A stretch of 64,000 nt of DNA from Deltaproteobacteria bacterium. Its GTDB lineage: Bacteria; Myxococcota; Kuafuiibacteriia; Kuafuiibacteriales; Kuafuiibacteriaceae. The stretch lies in contig JAVJQW010000067.1 of assembly GCA_040218735.1 (NCBI GenBank), positions 96,001-160,000 on the forward strand. Reading direction: 5' to 3'. The notes below the pieces were generated by a model that ran no database searches, was not told where the DNA came from, and saw only the letters and a list, made by a program, of their open reading frames with translations. Positions 38,357 to 49,091 of the stretch are shown here, one piece after another (position 1 is the first letter of the stretch; each line of letters starts with the position of its first letter). A program made the translations under genes and the position numbers.

Positions 38357-40732
38357 TCACCCTCGCGTGCGGATCAGGTAGACCGCGCCGGTGTTGCCGT
38401 TGAGCACGACGACGTCGTCGAGGTCGTCCGCGTCGAGGTCCCCGCAGGCGACCGGGCCGCCCGAGTCCCCCGGGAGCTCGACGGTCTCCGGCGGATCGAG
38501 GAGCCCGCCGTAGCCGTCGCCGGAGTAGATGTACAGCAGCCCCGAGTCGCGCGACGCGACGGCGATGTCGACGTGATCGTCGCCGTTGAAGTCACCCGCG
38601 CACATCCCGTGCGGCTCGTAGTCGAGGATGTGGCGGCGGCAGCCACCGGCGGTCGGCGTGCGGAGCTTGAACACCGACTCCTGGCCGTCCGTGAAGTACG
38701 CCCCGAGGCAGCCCCGCGCCTCCACGCCCTCTTCGATCGGGCGCCACACGCCGCAGCTCGCCTGGAAGTTGTCGCCGTCGAGGCACGGCTCGCGCGAGAT
38801 CCACACCACGTCCGGCGGCGGATCACCGGTGGTGCGCCGTTCGAACGTGTCGTCGAGCGGCACGATCACCGCGTCGTGGATCGGCGCGTTCACGATCGGC
38901 TCGGCGCTCCACACGAACGTCCCCGACGTCTCCTCGATCAGCTCGAGCCCACCGACCGACGGCACGACGATGTCCCAGTTCGCCGGGTCGCGAAGCCCGC
39001 CGGCGATGATCCCGTACGGCAGCACCGGCGCGTCGAGGGCGCCGACGTAGACGCGCGGCGGCACGCGGCAACCGCACGCGTCCATCGGCGTGCAACGGAG
39101 CAGCTCGTTGCCCTCGTCCTGGCACTCGCAGTACGACTCCTCGCCCGCACGGTTCGTGCAGTCGAGCACCGGCATCTGGCAGCCGTTTTTGTTGTAGAGC
39201 CGATCCACCTGCTGCACCGAGCGCGTCACGAGCACGTCGACGAGTTTGTCGCGCGCCATGCACACCCCGGCCTGGTTGGGACCCGAACACCCGATGCACT
39301 CGCAGCGCTCCTGCGGCGGGCACCCGCAGACCTCCGGGTTGGTGTCACACTCGCCGCCCTGCCACGGCAGGCACCGCGGCGTCGGGCTGCACACACGGTC
39401 GTTGATGCTGCGCCCCTGCGCGACCATCGCGATCCCGCGGTACGGGCCGTTGTCGGTGGACTCGAACGTCGTCAGCGCGACGGCGTTCGAGCCGGTCATC
39501 GTGTGCCGCGAGTCGAGCGTGAGGTTCGGGCCGTTCGCGCTGAACACCAGAATCTCCGCGCCCTCGCACCCGCGCTGCTCGCAGTCCGCGCGACGTGAGT
39601 TCAACAGCACGACCTCGCGCCGCCCGGGCGTCGGCGCGATGTCCTCGATGATGATGTCCGCCGGCAGGATCCCCGCCGACACCGGCGTCGTCAGCTGCTG
39701 CCGCGAGCTCAGCCCCGCCGACGTGTACACCGACAAACGCGTGCGGCCCGCCGGCAGCACCCCGTCGAGCCCCGGCGTGCAGTTCTCTCGGTTGCCCTCG
39801 CAGGTCACGACCGCGAGGTCCGCCGTGTTGTCCGCGTCGATGTCGCCGACCGACGCCGCGATCGGGATCGTCCCGTCGCCCACGCCGAGCACGTCCTTCG
39901 AAGGGAACGAGGGCACCGGCGTCACCGACACCGTGAACAGCGCCTCGTGTCGGCCCGGCGCCGTGTCGGTCTCGAGCGCCGCGGCGGTCGCGAGGATCTC
40001 CCCCGTCCCCGCCGAAGTGGGCAGGCGCACGCGCACCGACGCGCGCCCCTCGAGGTTCGTCGTGGTGCTGTACGACGCCGCCACGTCGCCATCGAGCAGC
40101 TCGTAGCCGGTGGTCTCCGCGGAGAAGACGATCGGCACGCCCGGGATGTCGTACGTGCCGCCGGTGCCGTCGGGGGAGTCGGCCTGAACGCGCACCTCGA
40201 GCGGGACCAACAGCTCCTCACCCGCGCGACCGATCTGACGGTCGCCGCCGCTCTTCACCATGCGCGCGTTGTCGGGGATGACGAGGCGCATCTCGATCGG
40301 GACCTCCTGCGACTCACCGGAGCCGCCGTCGGAGTCGAACTGGTCGGTGCAGCCCTCGAGGATCGGCGTGGCGGTGTCGAGCGTCGAGCTGAACGCGAGC
40401 GCGTAGATGATGCGTCGGCCGCGCGTGATGATGAGGTCGTCGCGACCGTCGAACCAGCCGCCGTTGCACTCGTTCTGCGCGGTGTCGACGCACTGGTAGT
40501 CGGCGCGGACCGGCGCCCCCAGCGGGTCGTCGCCGACGCGCGCCTTGCCGAGGAAGTCGGAGCAGTCGCGGAGGCTCGCGGGTGCTCCGCCTGCGTCGGG
40601 ATCGTAGGACTCGATGCGGAGGCGTCGGACCGCCTGTCGCGAGACGTCGTTCGGGAAGATGATCGAGACGGAGGCGTCGCCGGCGCCGCAGGCGGTCAGC
40701 GACCACAACAGGACCGAGCTCAGACGGCGCAT
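38357..40732 (-). CDS. Lipoprotein with Ig-like domain, FG-GAP/VCBS repeats and a Cys-rich insert
   Basis: WSLTA-C lipobox; SGGDRQIG.AG..L; GDIDADNTADLAV, GDFNGDDHVDIAV, GDLDADDLDDVVV. Confidence 0.85.
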   Translation of the reverse strand: MRRLSSVLLWSLTACGAGDASVSIIFPNDVSRQAVRRLRIESYDPDAGGAPASLRDCSDFLGKARVGDDPLGAPVRADYQCVDTAQNECNGGWFDGRDDLIITRGRRIIYALAFSSTLDTATPILEGCTDQFDSDGGSGESQEVPIEMRLVIPDNARMVKSGGDRQIGRAGEELLVPLEVRVQADSPDGTGGTYDIPGVPIVFSAETTGYELLDGDVAASYSTTTNLEGRASVRVRLPTSAGTGEILATAAALETDTAPGRHEALFTVSVTPVPSFPSKDVLGVGDGTIPIAASVGDIDADNTADLAVVTCEGNRENCTPGLDGVLPAGRTRLSVYTSAGLSSRQQLTTPVSAGILPADIIIEDIAPTPGRREVVLLNSRRADCEQRGCEGAEILVFSANGPNLTLDSRHTMTGSNAVALTTFESTDNGPYRGIAMVAQGRSINDRVCSPTPRCLPWQGGECDTNPEVCGCPPQERCECIGCSGPNQAGVCMARDKLVDVLVTRSVQQVDRLYNKNGCQMPVLDCTNRAGEESYCECQDEGNELLRCTPMDACGCRVPPRVYVGALDAPVLPYGIIAGGLRDPANWDIVVPSVGGLELIEETSGTFVWSAEPIVNAPIHDAVIVPLDDTFERRTTGDPPPDVVWISREPCLDGDNFQASCGVWRPIEEGVEARGCLGAYFTDGQESVFKLRTPTAGGCRRHILDYEPHGMCAGDFNGDDHVDIAVASRDSGLLYIYSGDGYGGLLDPPETVELPGDSGGPVACGDLDADDLDDVVVLNGNTGAVYLIRTRG

Positions 40733-40734
40733 GA

Positions 40735-41592
40735 TCAACCGCCCCCCACGCCGCCGTCGTTCACGCGCAGCGAGATCTGATCGCCGCCGGAGTTGGTCGC
40801 GACCACCACCAGCGCGACGCCGCCGAGGACCGCGACGCCGATCGCGCTCCAGAACCACCACTTCGAGGTGATGGCGCCGCCCTCGCCGGACGACGGCGCG
40901 ACCGCGAACACCAGCGGCGACTTCGGGCTGCCCTCCTCCTCGAGCGTGCCTTCCCACCGGTCGACGGCGCGGATGAAGTACTCCATCCGATAGCCCTTCT
41001 CGTCGGGCGGCACGGACAGCGCGGGGATGACGACCGAGACGTTTTCGTCGGCACGCGCGGTAACGGTGGTGAAGATCTTCACGCCCTCGCGGCGGAAGTA
41101 GACCTGCACCTGGTCGACGAGACGCAGCGGATCCACGACGCGAACCGGCAGCGACACCGGCGCGTTCGGCTGGACCTCCTGCGGCGACGAGTGCACGAGC
41201 GACAGCTCGCGGCGCTCGGGGGCGACGCCCTTCGCGTCGTCGAAGCAGTTCTTGATCTTCGGCGGCACGTCCGCCGGCATCACGTAGTCGGGATCGAGCG
41301 CGAGGAGGATCTCGAACGCGCGCTGGCAGCGTTCACGCTCGGCGTTGACCGCGTCGACGAAGGCCTTGAGCCGGTAGATCTCTGCGAGGTCCCAGCGACA
41401 GTTCTTCGAATACTCGATCGCGCGCTGGAGCGTGCGCGCCGCGCGATCGAACTCCAGGCGATCGTATTCGTCCTTCGCGCGGGACAGGTGGGGGTTGGAC
41501 CGACACTCGGCCGCCGAGGACTGCGCCCAGGCGTCGAGGGGAGCCGAGAGCAGCACGCCGAGGGCGGCTCCGAACAGCAGACAAGGACGCAT
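40735..41592 (-). CDS. Secreted TPR plus Ig-like protein with KWWFW membrane tail
   Basis: Signal peptide; TPR helices; LLALDPDY..P..PPKI; MEYFIRAVD; SKWWFWSAIG. Confidence 0.8.
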   Translation of the reverse strand: MRPCLLFGAALGVLLSAPLDAWAQSSAAECRSNPHLSRAKDEYDRLEFDRAARTLQRAIEYSKNCRWDLAEIYRLKAFVDAVNAERERCQRAFEILLALDPDYVMPADVPPKIKNCFDDAKGVAPERRELSLVHSSPQEVQPNAPVSLPVRVVDPLRLVDQVQVYFRREGVKIFTTVTARADENVSVVIPALSVPPDEKGYRMEYFIRAVDRWEGTLEEEGSPKSPLVFAVAPSSGEGGAITSKWWFWSAIGVAVLGGVALVVVATNSGGDQISLRVNDGGVGGG

Positions 41593-41684
41593 CTGGCGGC
41601 GAGCGTACCCTCAACCCTCGTCGCGTTGAAGTCCTCGACCTCCATGCTGTCAACTCGCGTCCGCACGTACTAGAATACCGGGCA

Positions 41685-42971
41685 ATGTCCCGCGTGCCGG
41701 CCTGGCTCTTTCCTGCATCGAGCGCGTTCCTCGTCACCGCGATCGTCGTCCTGTTCGGCGTCCTCGCGAGCCCCGGGTGCCAAACCCGGTGCACGTCGAA
41801 CTTCGACTGCGGAGGATCGTTCTGCTCGCAGGGTCGCTGCGAGACCGAGTGTTTCGCGGACATCGACTGCCAGCGCCCGCCGGAGTGCCAGGACAACCCG
41901 ACGGCGTGTGTGCCGAAGGGCCTGCGCTGCAACGGCATCGGGCGCTGCGTCGGCGCCGTTCGGCTGCGTCCGCCGGTGGAAGGCACGCGTGACGTCTTCA
42001 CGCCGCCGAACGACGGCATCATCGACGGCTGGGACGACCGCCCCGGCTCGGGCCGCGCGTTCATCGTCAACCAGATCGCGATCGCGGGTGACGACCGCGG
42101 CTTCGACATCGACGGCGTCTGCACGGAAGACGGCTGCATCGACAACTACCTGCACCGCCTCGGCGACCTCGGGAACGACCAGATCCGCCAGGGCCTCCTC
42201 GGCGGCGAGTCCCTCCTGCTCCTCGAGCTGGCGGGCCTGGAGCAGAACTACCTCGGCGACGACTCGTCGATGACGGTGAAGATCTACGGCGCGCGCGACG
42301 CGGACGACCCCTTCTTCCCTGCGAACAACTTCAAGATCCCGCCGGGTCACTCCACCTGCTGTGAGTTCAAGATCAACCCGCAGTCGCTCGCGGGCATCCC
42401 GTCGCAGGCGCGCGCGCGAGCGCCGGCCCGCATCGAGCGCGGCCGCCTCCGTTCGCTGGCGCCGGTGCCGATTCAGTTCACGCTGACCGTCGGCGTGCCG
42501 CCGCACCCGGAGATTCGCCTGGAGCGCGTGCTGATCTCGGGTCGCCTCCCGTCGAACCTCGCGGAGTTCAGCGAGGGCCTGCTCGGCGGCGCGGTGCCGG
42601 TCAACACGCTCGCGCAGACCGAGAACCCGTACTGCCGCACGGTCTCGCCGCGGTGCCCGATCCCGTTCACGGACAGCACCCTGATCGACCTCGTCGCGAA
42701 CCTCCTCGGGCCGCAGCCGGACGTCGACCTCGACTTCGACGGCCTCGAGTGCGTGCGCGACATGAACGGCGACGGCGCGATCGACGTCTGCTGCGATGGC
42801 GCGGACGGCGCGGACACCTGCGGCGGCTCGTCCTGCCCGGGCAACGCGGTCGCCGCGGTCGACCCCGCCAAGCCGGCCTCCTGCGCCCTGCACCCGCAGG
42901 TCGCGGACGGCTACTCGGTGGGCATCACCTTCACGGCGGTCGCGGCCAAGATCGTCGGCGTCGGCCAGTAA
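41685..42971 (+). CDS. Cys-rich secreted/lipoprotein
   Basis: LASPG-C lipobox; C.SN.DC units; GFDIDG..IDN motif; DxDxDG Ca-binding loops. Confidence 0.8.
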   Translation: MSRVPAWLFPASSAFLVTAIVVLFGVLASPGCQTRCTSNFDCGGSFCSQGRCETECFADIDCQRPPECQDNPTACVPKGLRCNGIGRCVGAVRLRPPVEGTRDVFTPPNDGIIDGWDDRPGSGRAFIVNQIAIAGDDRGFDIDGVCTEDGCIDNYLHRLGDLGNDQIRQGLLGGESLLLLELAGLEQNYLGDDSSMTVKIYGARDADDPFFPANNFKIPPGHSTCCEFKINPQSLAGIPSQARARAPARIERGRLRSLAPVPIQFTLTVGVPPHPEIRLERVLISGRLPSNLAEFSEGLLGGAVPVNTLAQTENPYCRTVSPRCPIPFTDSTLIDLVANLLGPQPDVDLDFDGLECVRDMNGDGAIDVCCDGADGADTCGGSSCPGNAVAAVDPAKPASCALHPQVADGYSVGITFTAVAAKIVGVGQ

Positions 42972-43029
42972 AAGACCCCCGCCTCCGTCCTTGCGACGGG
43001 CCCCGCAGGTTGGGGTAGAGTTGTCGCCG

Positions 43030-44166
43030 ATGCGGCACAGCCTCGTACTGTTCACGCTCACGGCTACCTTCGCCGCCACCGCGTCCGCACGCGCGGACCA
43101 GCGCCTCCCGATCGCGGTGATGGAGCTGTCCGGTCAGGGCGTCGACGAGGCGGCGGCCAGCGCGCTGACGACGGAGGTGTCGAACACCCTGTCCCAGCTG
43201 CGTGTCTTCCAGGTCATCACGCGCGAGGACATCAAGCGGATGCTGCAGCTCGAGCAGACGAAGCAGCAGTGCACCGGCACGGTCGACGCGGCGTGTATGG
43301 CGGAGATCGGCGGCGCGCTCGGCGTCGACTACCTGATCTACGGCTCGGTCGCGAAGCTCGGGACGACGTACTCGCTGTCGCTCGTCCTCCTCGACATCTC
43401 CAAGGCCGAGGCGGCGAACCGCGCCAACAAGAAGATCGCGGACGTGGGTGCGCTGCTCGACGAGACGGCGACCGCCACGAAGCTGCTGATGCAGCCGCTC
43501 CTCGCGGACAAGAAGGGCTACCTGGTCCTCGACATGCGCGAGCCGGGGGCGAAGGTCACCGTCGACGGCCGCCTCATCGGCGTGTCGCCGCTGCCGGGGC
43601 GCCTCGAGCTCCCGATGGGCGCACACGAGGTGCTGATCGAGAAGAAGGGCTTCTTGACCTGGGCGAAGACGGTCGACGTGCCGCCGAACCAGGCCGCGGT
43701 GGAGCCCGTGTCGTTGGTGCCGAGCCAGGAGTTCATCGACGAGTACGTCTCGGGCGCACGCACCACGCGTACGGCCGCGTGGATCACCGCGGGCGCGGGC
43801 GCGACGCTGATCGCGACGGCGGTGGTGTTGCGGTTGGTCGCCAACGCGCGCTTCGACGACCTCTCGAACAAGGGTTACATCACGACCCAGGCGTCGATCT
43901 GCGCGGAGCAGAACCCGGGCTTCGCGGGGGGTGAGTTCTGCCCCACCTCGGAGGGCTACGCGAACGACGTGCTCGGCTCGGTGCGGAGCATCGAGACCAT
44001 GGACTCCTTCGCGCTCGGCGCGGTCATCACCGGCGGAGCGAGCGCAATCGTGTCGGCGGTCCTCTTCGCCATCGGCGAGGACCCGGGCCGCTACGAAGCC
44101 TACGGCGACACCAAGGTCGCGGTGTCGGCGGGGCAGAACGGTGGCGCCCTGACCTTCTCGTTCTGA
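43030..44166 (+). CDS. PEGA domain protein with N-terminal CsgG/TolB-N-like domain
   Basis: Signal peptide; C....C.AEIGGALGVDYLIYGSV; PGAKVTVDG..G.SP; C-terminal LTFSF. Confidence 0.85.
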   Translation: MRHSLVLFTLTATFAATASARADQRLPIAVMELSGQGVDEAAASALTTEVSNTLSQLRVFQVITREDIKRMLQLEQTKQQCTGTVDAACMAEIGGALGVDYLIYGSVAKLGTTYSLSLVLLDISKAEAANRANKKIADVGALLDETATATKLLMQPLLADKKGYLVLDMREPGAKVTVDGRLIGVSPLPGRLELPMGAHEVLIEKKGFLTWAKTVDVPPNQAAVEPVSLVPSQEFIDEYVSGARTTRTAAWITAGAGATLIATAVVLRLVANARFDDLSNKGYITTQASICAEQNPGFAGGEFCPTSEGYANDVLGSVRSIETMDSFALGAVITGGASAIVSAVLFAIGEDPGRYEAYGDTKVAVSAGQNGGALTFSF

Positions 44167-44192
44167 CCGCCCTGTCTTAGACTCTAGGCGCG

Positions 44193-44702
44193 ATGAAGAA
44201 GTGGTTCGCGCTCGCGTTTCTCGCGGCCGCCGCCTGCAGCGGCGGCGACGAAGACGACGGTCCGATGTTCGAGATGCCGCAGATCCTCCCGGTGCAGACG
44301 CCCGCGTGTGTCACGTCGACCGCGGCGGTCGTAGGTGATTCGCTCAAGTACGACTTCGCAGTGAACAACCGCGGTCGCGAGACGCTGCTCATCACGGGCG
44401 GGGAGCTCGTGGACGACGACGGCGGGCACTTCCGTTACTCCGAAATGCGTCTCTCCGTCGGCTCGGATCCCTGCACCGACGCGACGCCGTGCGCCCTCGA
44501 GTATCTCGACGACAGCGCCTTTGCCCGCTTCTTCTACGAGCCGACGGGACCTGGCTGGCACTCGGCGAACCTGCTGATCTACTCGAACGCCGAGAACTTC
44601 CCGATCCTTCAGACGTACGTCCTCGCGCGCGCGCGCCCGGAGGACGATCCCGACTACGTGTTCGGCGACAAACCGGCCGACGCCCAAGGGGCATGTGACT
44701 GA
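44193..44702 (+). CDS. Lipoprotein with single Ig-like domain
   Basis: FLAAAA-C lipobox; V.N.G..L.I and L.IYSNA.N.P. Confidence 0.8.
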   Translation: MKKWFALAFLAAAACSGGDEDDGPMFEMPQILPVQTPACVTSTAAVVGDSLKYDFAVNNRGRETLLITGGELVDDDGGHFRYSEMRLSVGSDPCTDATPCALEYLDDSAFARFFYEPTGPGWHSANLLIYSNAENFPILQTYVLARARPEDDPDYVFGDKPADAQGACD

Positions 44703-44714
44703 CGATCTCCGGCG

Positions 44715-45455
44715 GTGGGTCTCTTCGACACAACAGCCACGACCCGCCTCGGAGCCTTGGCCGGGGTCCTCGCGATCGCTGGCCTCGCGTGCAGCCACAC
44801 CATCGACTACGACCCTCCGCGCACCGACCGCCGTGCGAGCACCTTCCCCTATCGACTCGGCATCGCGCCGTTTCGGATGCACGCCGAAACCAAGGCTGCC
44901 GATACCGTGCGAGGCAGAGCGCTCGAGTGCAACGAAGGGACCGGCTACAGCGGCGGCGCAGAAGCGATCCCGAGCCAGATCGCCCATCAGCTCGCTCGAC
45001 ACATCGCCACCACCGGGTTGGTCGAGGATGTCGTGGTGACCGACGACACCTCCGGCGTCGACTTGCTCCTCACCGGCGCCATCCGCAGCTTCGACGGGTG
45101 CATCTCGGACATGCCGACGCGAGCGCTGGGCGGCCTGGTCGGCAGCACGATCGAGGCCCACGTCGACAAGGACCGGTTCCGCGACGCCAACGCGCCCCGC
45201 AGCATCCACGCCGAAGTCGTCTTCTACGATCTGGAGGTCCGTCGCTCTGGGCGACGCGACAGCCTCCCCTCGATACGCGAAGGGGTGACCGCCAATATCC
45301 CTCGTAAGCGGAGCGATAGGACCCCGTACGAAGTGGCCGACCAAGCCCTCGCACGCGCAGGTAGCGCGCTCTTCAGAACGCTGGTTCGCTACCTCGACGG
45401 ATCGATGCGCGAGGACGACGCGAACCGGACGTTCGTTCCGAGGTCGACGGACTGA
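44715..45455 (+). CDS. Hypothetical lipoprotein
   Basis: IAGLA-C lipobox; 246 aa; codon usage looks less GC3-biased than neighbours. Confidence 0.65.
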   Translation: MGLFDTTATTRLGALAGVLAIAGLACSHTIDYDPPRTDRRASTFPYRLGIAPFRMHAETKAADTVRGRALECNEGTGYSGGAEAIPSQIAHQLARHIATTGLVEDVVVTDDTSGVDLLLTGAIRSFDGCISDMPTRALGGLVGSTIEAHVDKDRFRDANAPRSIHAEVVFYDLEVRRSGRRDSLPSIREGVTANIPRKRSDRTPYEVADQALARAGSALFRTLVRYLDGSMREDDANRTFVPRSTD

Positions 45456-45464
45456 CTCCGCGAC

Positions 45465-47333
45465 CTACGGGCGGCCGCAGAGGTCCATGCCGTTCTGCTC
45501 GTAGATCCCTTCGCACTGCCCCGGCACCGCGCAGCCGGCGCGGGCCGTGATGCGGAACTGGTACCGGCCGCTCGCGCCGATGTCGTAGTCGTCGCGCTGC
45601 AGATCCGACATGCGGAAGTAGTGCGGCCCCGCGCGTGTGACTTCGCGGAAGACCACGAAACACTCGCTCGAACCGACGCCGCCGGTGTCGACGGACTGCG
45701 CGTTCTCAGCGACCGGGTACTGGCACGGCTCGGGATCCTGCTGCGTGATCATCCCGTCGTTGCGGCAGCGCTTGCCGTAACCCTGGTAGCGCTCACGCGG
45801 GCTGTCCTGCTCGCCGAAGAAGAACGCTTCGAGCTCCACCGCCGTCGGCGCCATCTGCAACTCGAATTGCAGCTCCCAGTCGCCGTTCTGGCCCGGTGAC
45901 GGCGCGGCGTCGCCCGGGATCTCGAACGCGAACCAGTCCGCGTCGCCCGCGTACGAGATGTACCCCTCGGTCCACGGCCACTGGATCGTCGTGCCGGCGG
46001 TGCTCGTCGACGGCTGCACCAACCGCGCCGACCCGCGCCCATCCGCGTAGTTCTCCGGTCCGTCGGGATCCGCGGGGAGATCGATCGTGAGCGTGTACGC
46101 GATCGCGTCGTCGTAGTCGTTGTCCTGAAGGTCGCGCACCTGCACGAAGTACAGCCCGTCCTCACGCGCCACGTGGGAGGTCGTCAGCGACGCGGCCCCC
46201 ATCGCGCCGTCGCGGTGGAAGCGCAAGGCCTGACACTCGTCGCCCAGCTCCTGCTCGCAGATGAGGAGGTTGCCGTCGTTCGCGAGCACGGAGATCGACA
46301 GATCGACCGCCGTCCCCATCGGCATCTGCGCCGTCGCCGTGATCAGCCGCGGCGCGCCCGTCACCTGAATCGCGTAGAAGTCGAAGTCCGAGACCGACGC
46401 GATGTACCCGGTGATCTGCTGCCCCGCGGTCACCATCGTCGGACGGTTCGCGGTGTCGTTCTGGCTCGCACGCTCGTTGGCGTCCGGCTCCTGGAGCAAC
46501 CGCACCGTCAACGTGTAGATCCGCGCGAGGTCGGCCTGCGCTCCGTCCATCGGGTCGTCGTCGACGCGGATGAGGTAGCGGCCCATCGCGTTGCCCACCG
46601 CGCGGTTCTCGGTGCGCCACGGGACGTCCGTCGTCGGTTCGCGCGACACCGCGATGTCCGTGTCCGCCGCGGGGTTGAGCAGCGTCCAACGCAGCCGCAC
46701 GTCCGACAGCCCCGGCGCCACCATATCGATCTGGATGAGCTCGTTCGCAGCAACGTCGATGTAGAACCAATCCTGGTCTCCCTGCGAACCGATCGCCCCG
46801 TTCACCGAAGTCCCCGGCGTCAATGCGATCGCCTCCGCCGCCGTGTCGTTCGGCTCGTTGCTGTCGGCCTCTTCGAGGATGTCGACCTGGATGTAGTAAG
46901 GCGCCTTGTCCTGACCGTCGCCGCCGACATCACGCACCACCACGGCGTGCGCGCCGCCCACATCGATCGCGCGCTGGATGACCACACGTTGCCGGCCGTT
47001 GTTCTGGAAGCGCTGGTTGTCGAGCGCCATGCCGTCCGGACCGAACAGCACGACCTCCAGACGAATCGGCGAGAACTCGATGTCGTTCTCCACCACGATG
47101 TTCACGATGCGCCCCGCCTGCACGTCGAACGTCCAGCGGTCGGAGTCGCCGACTGGGTACACGTAGTCCGTCGCGCGCGTCCCGGGCACGAGCGTGCACG
47201 CCATCGCGTCCGTACACTCGTCCGGGATCGTCGCGGCGTCCGTCGGCCCCGCGTCCCGCATCTCGGTCATCTTGTCGTCGCTGCACGCGACGAACGCGAG
47301 AGCGATCCAGCACCAGCGCATTGATCTCATCAT
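45465..47333 (-). CDS. mtsF: MtsF-like lipoprotein with repeated pre-peptidase C-terminal (PPC)-like domains
   Basis: AFVA-C lipobox; four GD.D.[FY] modules (GDSDRW, GDQDWF, SDFDFY, GDADWF); EPND motif; last gene of the mts-like operon. Symbol assigned by position. Confidence 0.7.
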   Translation of the reverse strand: MMRSMRWCWIALAFVACSDDKMTEMRDAGPTDAATIPDECTDAMACTLVPGTRATDYVYPVGDSDRWTFDVQAGRIVNIVVENDIEFSPIRLEVVLFGPDGMALDNQRFQNNGRQRVVIQRAIDVGGAHAVVVRDVGGDGQDKAPYYIQVDILEEADSNEPNDTAAEAIALTPGTSVNGAIGSQGDQDWFYIDVAANELIQIDMVAPGLSDVRLRWTLLNPAADTDIAVSREPTTDVPWRTENRAVGNAMGRYLIRVDDDPMDGAQADLARIYTLTVRLLQEPDANERASQNDTANRPTMVTAGQQITGYIASVSDFDFYAIQVTGAPRLITATAQMPMGTAVDLSISVLANDGNLLICEQELGDECQALRFHRDGAMGAASLTTSHVAREDGLYFVQVRDLQDNDYDDAIAYTLTIDLPADPDGPENYADGRGSARLVQPSTSTAGTTIQWPWTEGYISYAGDADWFAFEIPGDAAPSPGQNGDWELQFELQMAPTAVELEAFFFGEQDSPRERYQGYGKRCRNDGMITQQDPEPCQYPVAENAQSVDTGGVGSSECFVVFREVTRAGPHYFRMSDLQRDDYDIGASGRYQFRITARAGCAVPGQCEGIYEQNGMDLCGRP

Positions 47334-49091
47334 TCAGTCCTCCGAGCTCACCGCGGTCCCTTCGACACAGTGCACGTCCGGGTCGAAGTCCGTGGGCGCC
47401 ACGAACGCCGTTTCGTCGATGGCCACCTCCGGGAACGGCGGATCCCGGAAGTCGGGGAACAGAAATGTCTGCTGCACGCAGGCGATGCGGAAGACGCCGA
47501 AGTCCGACGGGTCGTCGAAGGGCGCCTGGTCCACGTAGATGTACACGCGATTGCGGCCACCCTGGGTGTCCGCGAGCGTGATGTTCTCCACGCGGAAGTC
47601 GTAACAAGCGCGGCCCTGCTGCAGGATGTCGATGCGCGGATCGCCGGCCGGCAGATCGTCGAGGCGACGCGACACGATGTCGTAGCGGTACGCGACCGAC
47701 GAGCGGTTCGCGGCGTCGTTCTCCACGGGGTCGGAATGACCGCGGATCTCGTCGGCGTTGCGCGCGGAGTCGAAGTCGAGATCCGCCTTGCTGTCGTCCG
47801 AGACCGGGTTCGTGCCGAAGCGGAGCTCGATGGTGTCGGGCAGCCCGTCGGCGTCGGTGTCGATGAAGTTGCGGTTCGATCCGACGAAGCGCTCCTCGCA
47901 GTCGAGCAAACCATCGCCGTCGGTGTCGATGCGATCGAGGCCCTCGGTGCAGTCGGCGTCCGAAGGATCGAGCGGATCGAACCCGGACGCGCCGAGCCGC
48001 ACCTCGAGGAAGTCGTGGAAGCCGTCGTCGTCGGTGTCCGGCGAGAGGATGTCCGTGCCGACGAGCGCCTCCTCTTCGTCGTCGAGCCCGTCACCGTCCG
48101 AGTCCGGGCTCGCACGACCCACACGATCCTCGGGCGTCACGAACCTCAGCCGCGGCCGTGTGTTGGTGTTCGACACCACGAGGTTCTTCAGCGTGAACAC
48201 TCGGCGGATCGAGGTGAAGTCGACCTTCAGGAAGTTGATCTCCTCGCCGTTCGGGAAGCTCCGGAACGTGCCCTCGCCGATGTCCGCCATCGCGGTGAGG
48301 AGCGACTCGGCCTCCTGCTCGACGCCGATCCACACGCAGCCGCCCTGCTGCGCGCACTGCGCCGCGCTGCTCGCCGCGGCGCACATCTGCGAGCCGCCCT
48401 CGAGCCCCGAGTCGGTGCATCGCGAGCCGGACCGCGTCGCAGACAACAGGAGCGCGGTGTGGAAGCGAATCTCGCCGGGGCGGTAGATGCGTTCGAGATC
48501 CTTGATCGCGTTGACGGCGTCGAGGATCGACGAGCGCGTGTTGTTCGGCGGGTCGACCGGGTTGGGGAGCCCGTCGGAGAGGAAGATGATCACGTACTTC
48601 GAGCGCGCGAGATCCTCCTCCGGCGTGATCATCATGTCGTCGGCGAGCACGCGCGAGACGAGCTGCACGGCGCCGTCGTAGTCGGTCGGCTGCGACGCGA
48701 TCCCGAGCTGCACGATCGCGGCCTGAAGATCCGCGACGTCCCGCGTGAAGCCGTCCATCCCCATCGCGTTCTGGGTGAGGATGTTCGACGCGCCGTTGAA
48801 CTGCACGATCGCGAACTCGACGCCCGGGTCCGCGATGTACGCGTCCACGACCTCCTGCACCGCGAGCACCCGCTGCCCGAGCGGATCCGTGCGCGCCATG
48901 GACTGGCTGGTGTCGACCGCGAAGAGGATCTTCACCGGGAACGCGACGGTCGTCGGATCCTGGGTGCAGAACGATCCCTCGACCGCGAGTTTGTTGTCGA
49001 TCGCGCCGTCGCCGAGGCCCGGCGCGCGATAGAGACCACGGTCGGTGCACGAGACCGCGAGGAACAACGAGACCGCGAGGACACGCCTCAT
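47334..49091 (-). CDS. vWA plus Ca-binding repeat lipoprotein (MtsE-like)
   Basis: LAVS-C lipobox; [19 protein letters not shown]; FLSDG; [14 protein letters not shown] repeats; paralog of the upstream gene. Confidence 0.82.
   Translation of the reverse strand: MRRVLAVSLFLAVSCTDRGLYRAPGLGDGAIDNKLAVEGSFCTQDPTTVAFPVKILFAVDTSQSMARTDPLGQRVLAVQEVVDAYIADPGVEFAIVQFNGASNILTQNAMGMDGFTRDVADLQAAIVQLGIASQPTDYDGAVQLVSRVLADDMMITPEEDLARSKYVIIFLSDGLPNPVDPPNNTRSSILDAVNAIKDLERIYRPGEIRFHTALLLSATRSGSRCTDSGLEGGSQMCAAASSAAQCAQQGGCVWIGVEQEAESLLTAMADIGEGTFRSFPNGEEINFLKVDFTSIRRVFTLKNLVVSNTNTRPRLRFVTPEDRVGRASPDSDGDGLDDEEEALVGTDILSPDTDDDGFHDFLEVRLGASGFDPLDPSDADCTEGLDRIDTDGDGLLDCEERFVGSNRNFIDTDADGLPDTIELRFGTNPVSDDSKADLDFDSARNADEIRGHSDPVENDAANRSSVAYRYDIVSRRLDDLPAGDPRIDILQQGRACYDFRVENITLADTQGGRNRVYIYVDQAPFDDPSDFGVFRIACVQQTFLFPDFRDPPFPEVAIDETAFVAPTDFDPDVHCVEGTAVSSED

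Noticed and set aside
44715-45455. Mobile insertion suggested by atypical codon usage
   Set aside because: No transposase, terminal repeats or target duplication seen; at most a singly acquired lipoprotein gene.
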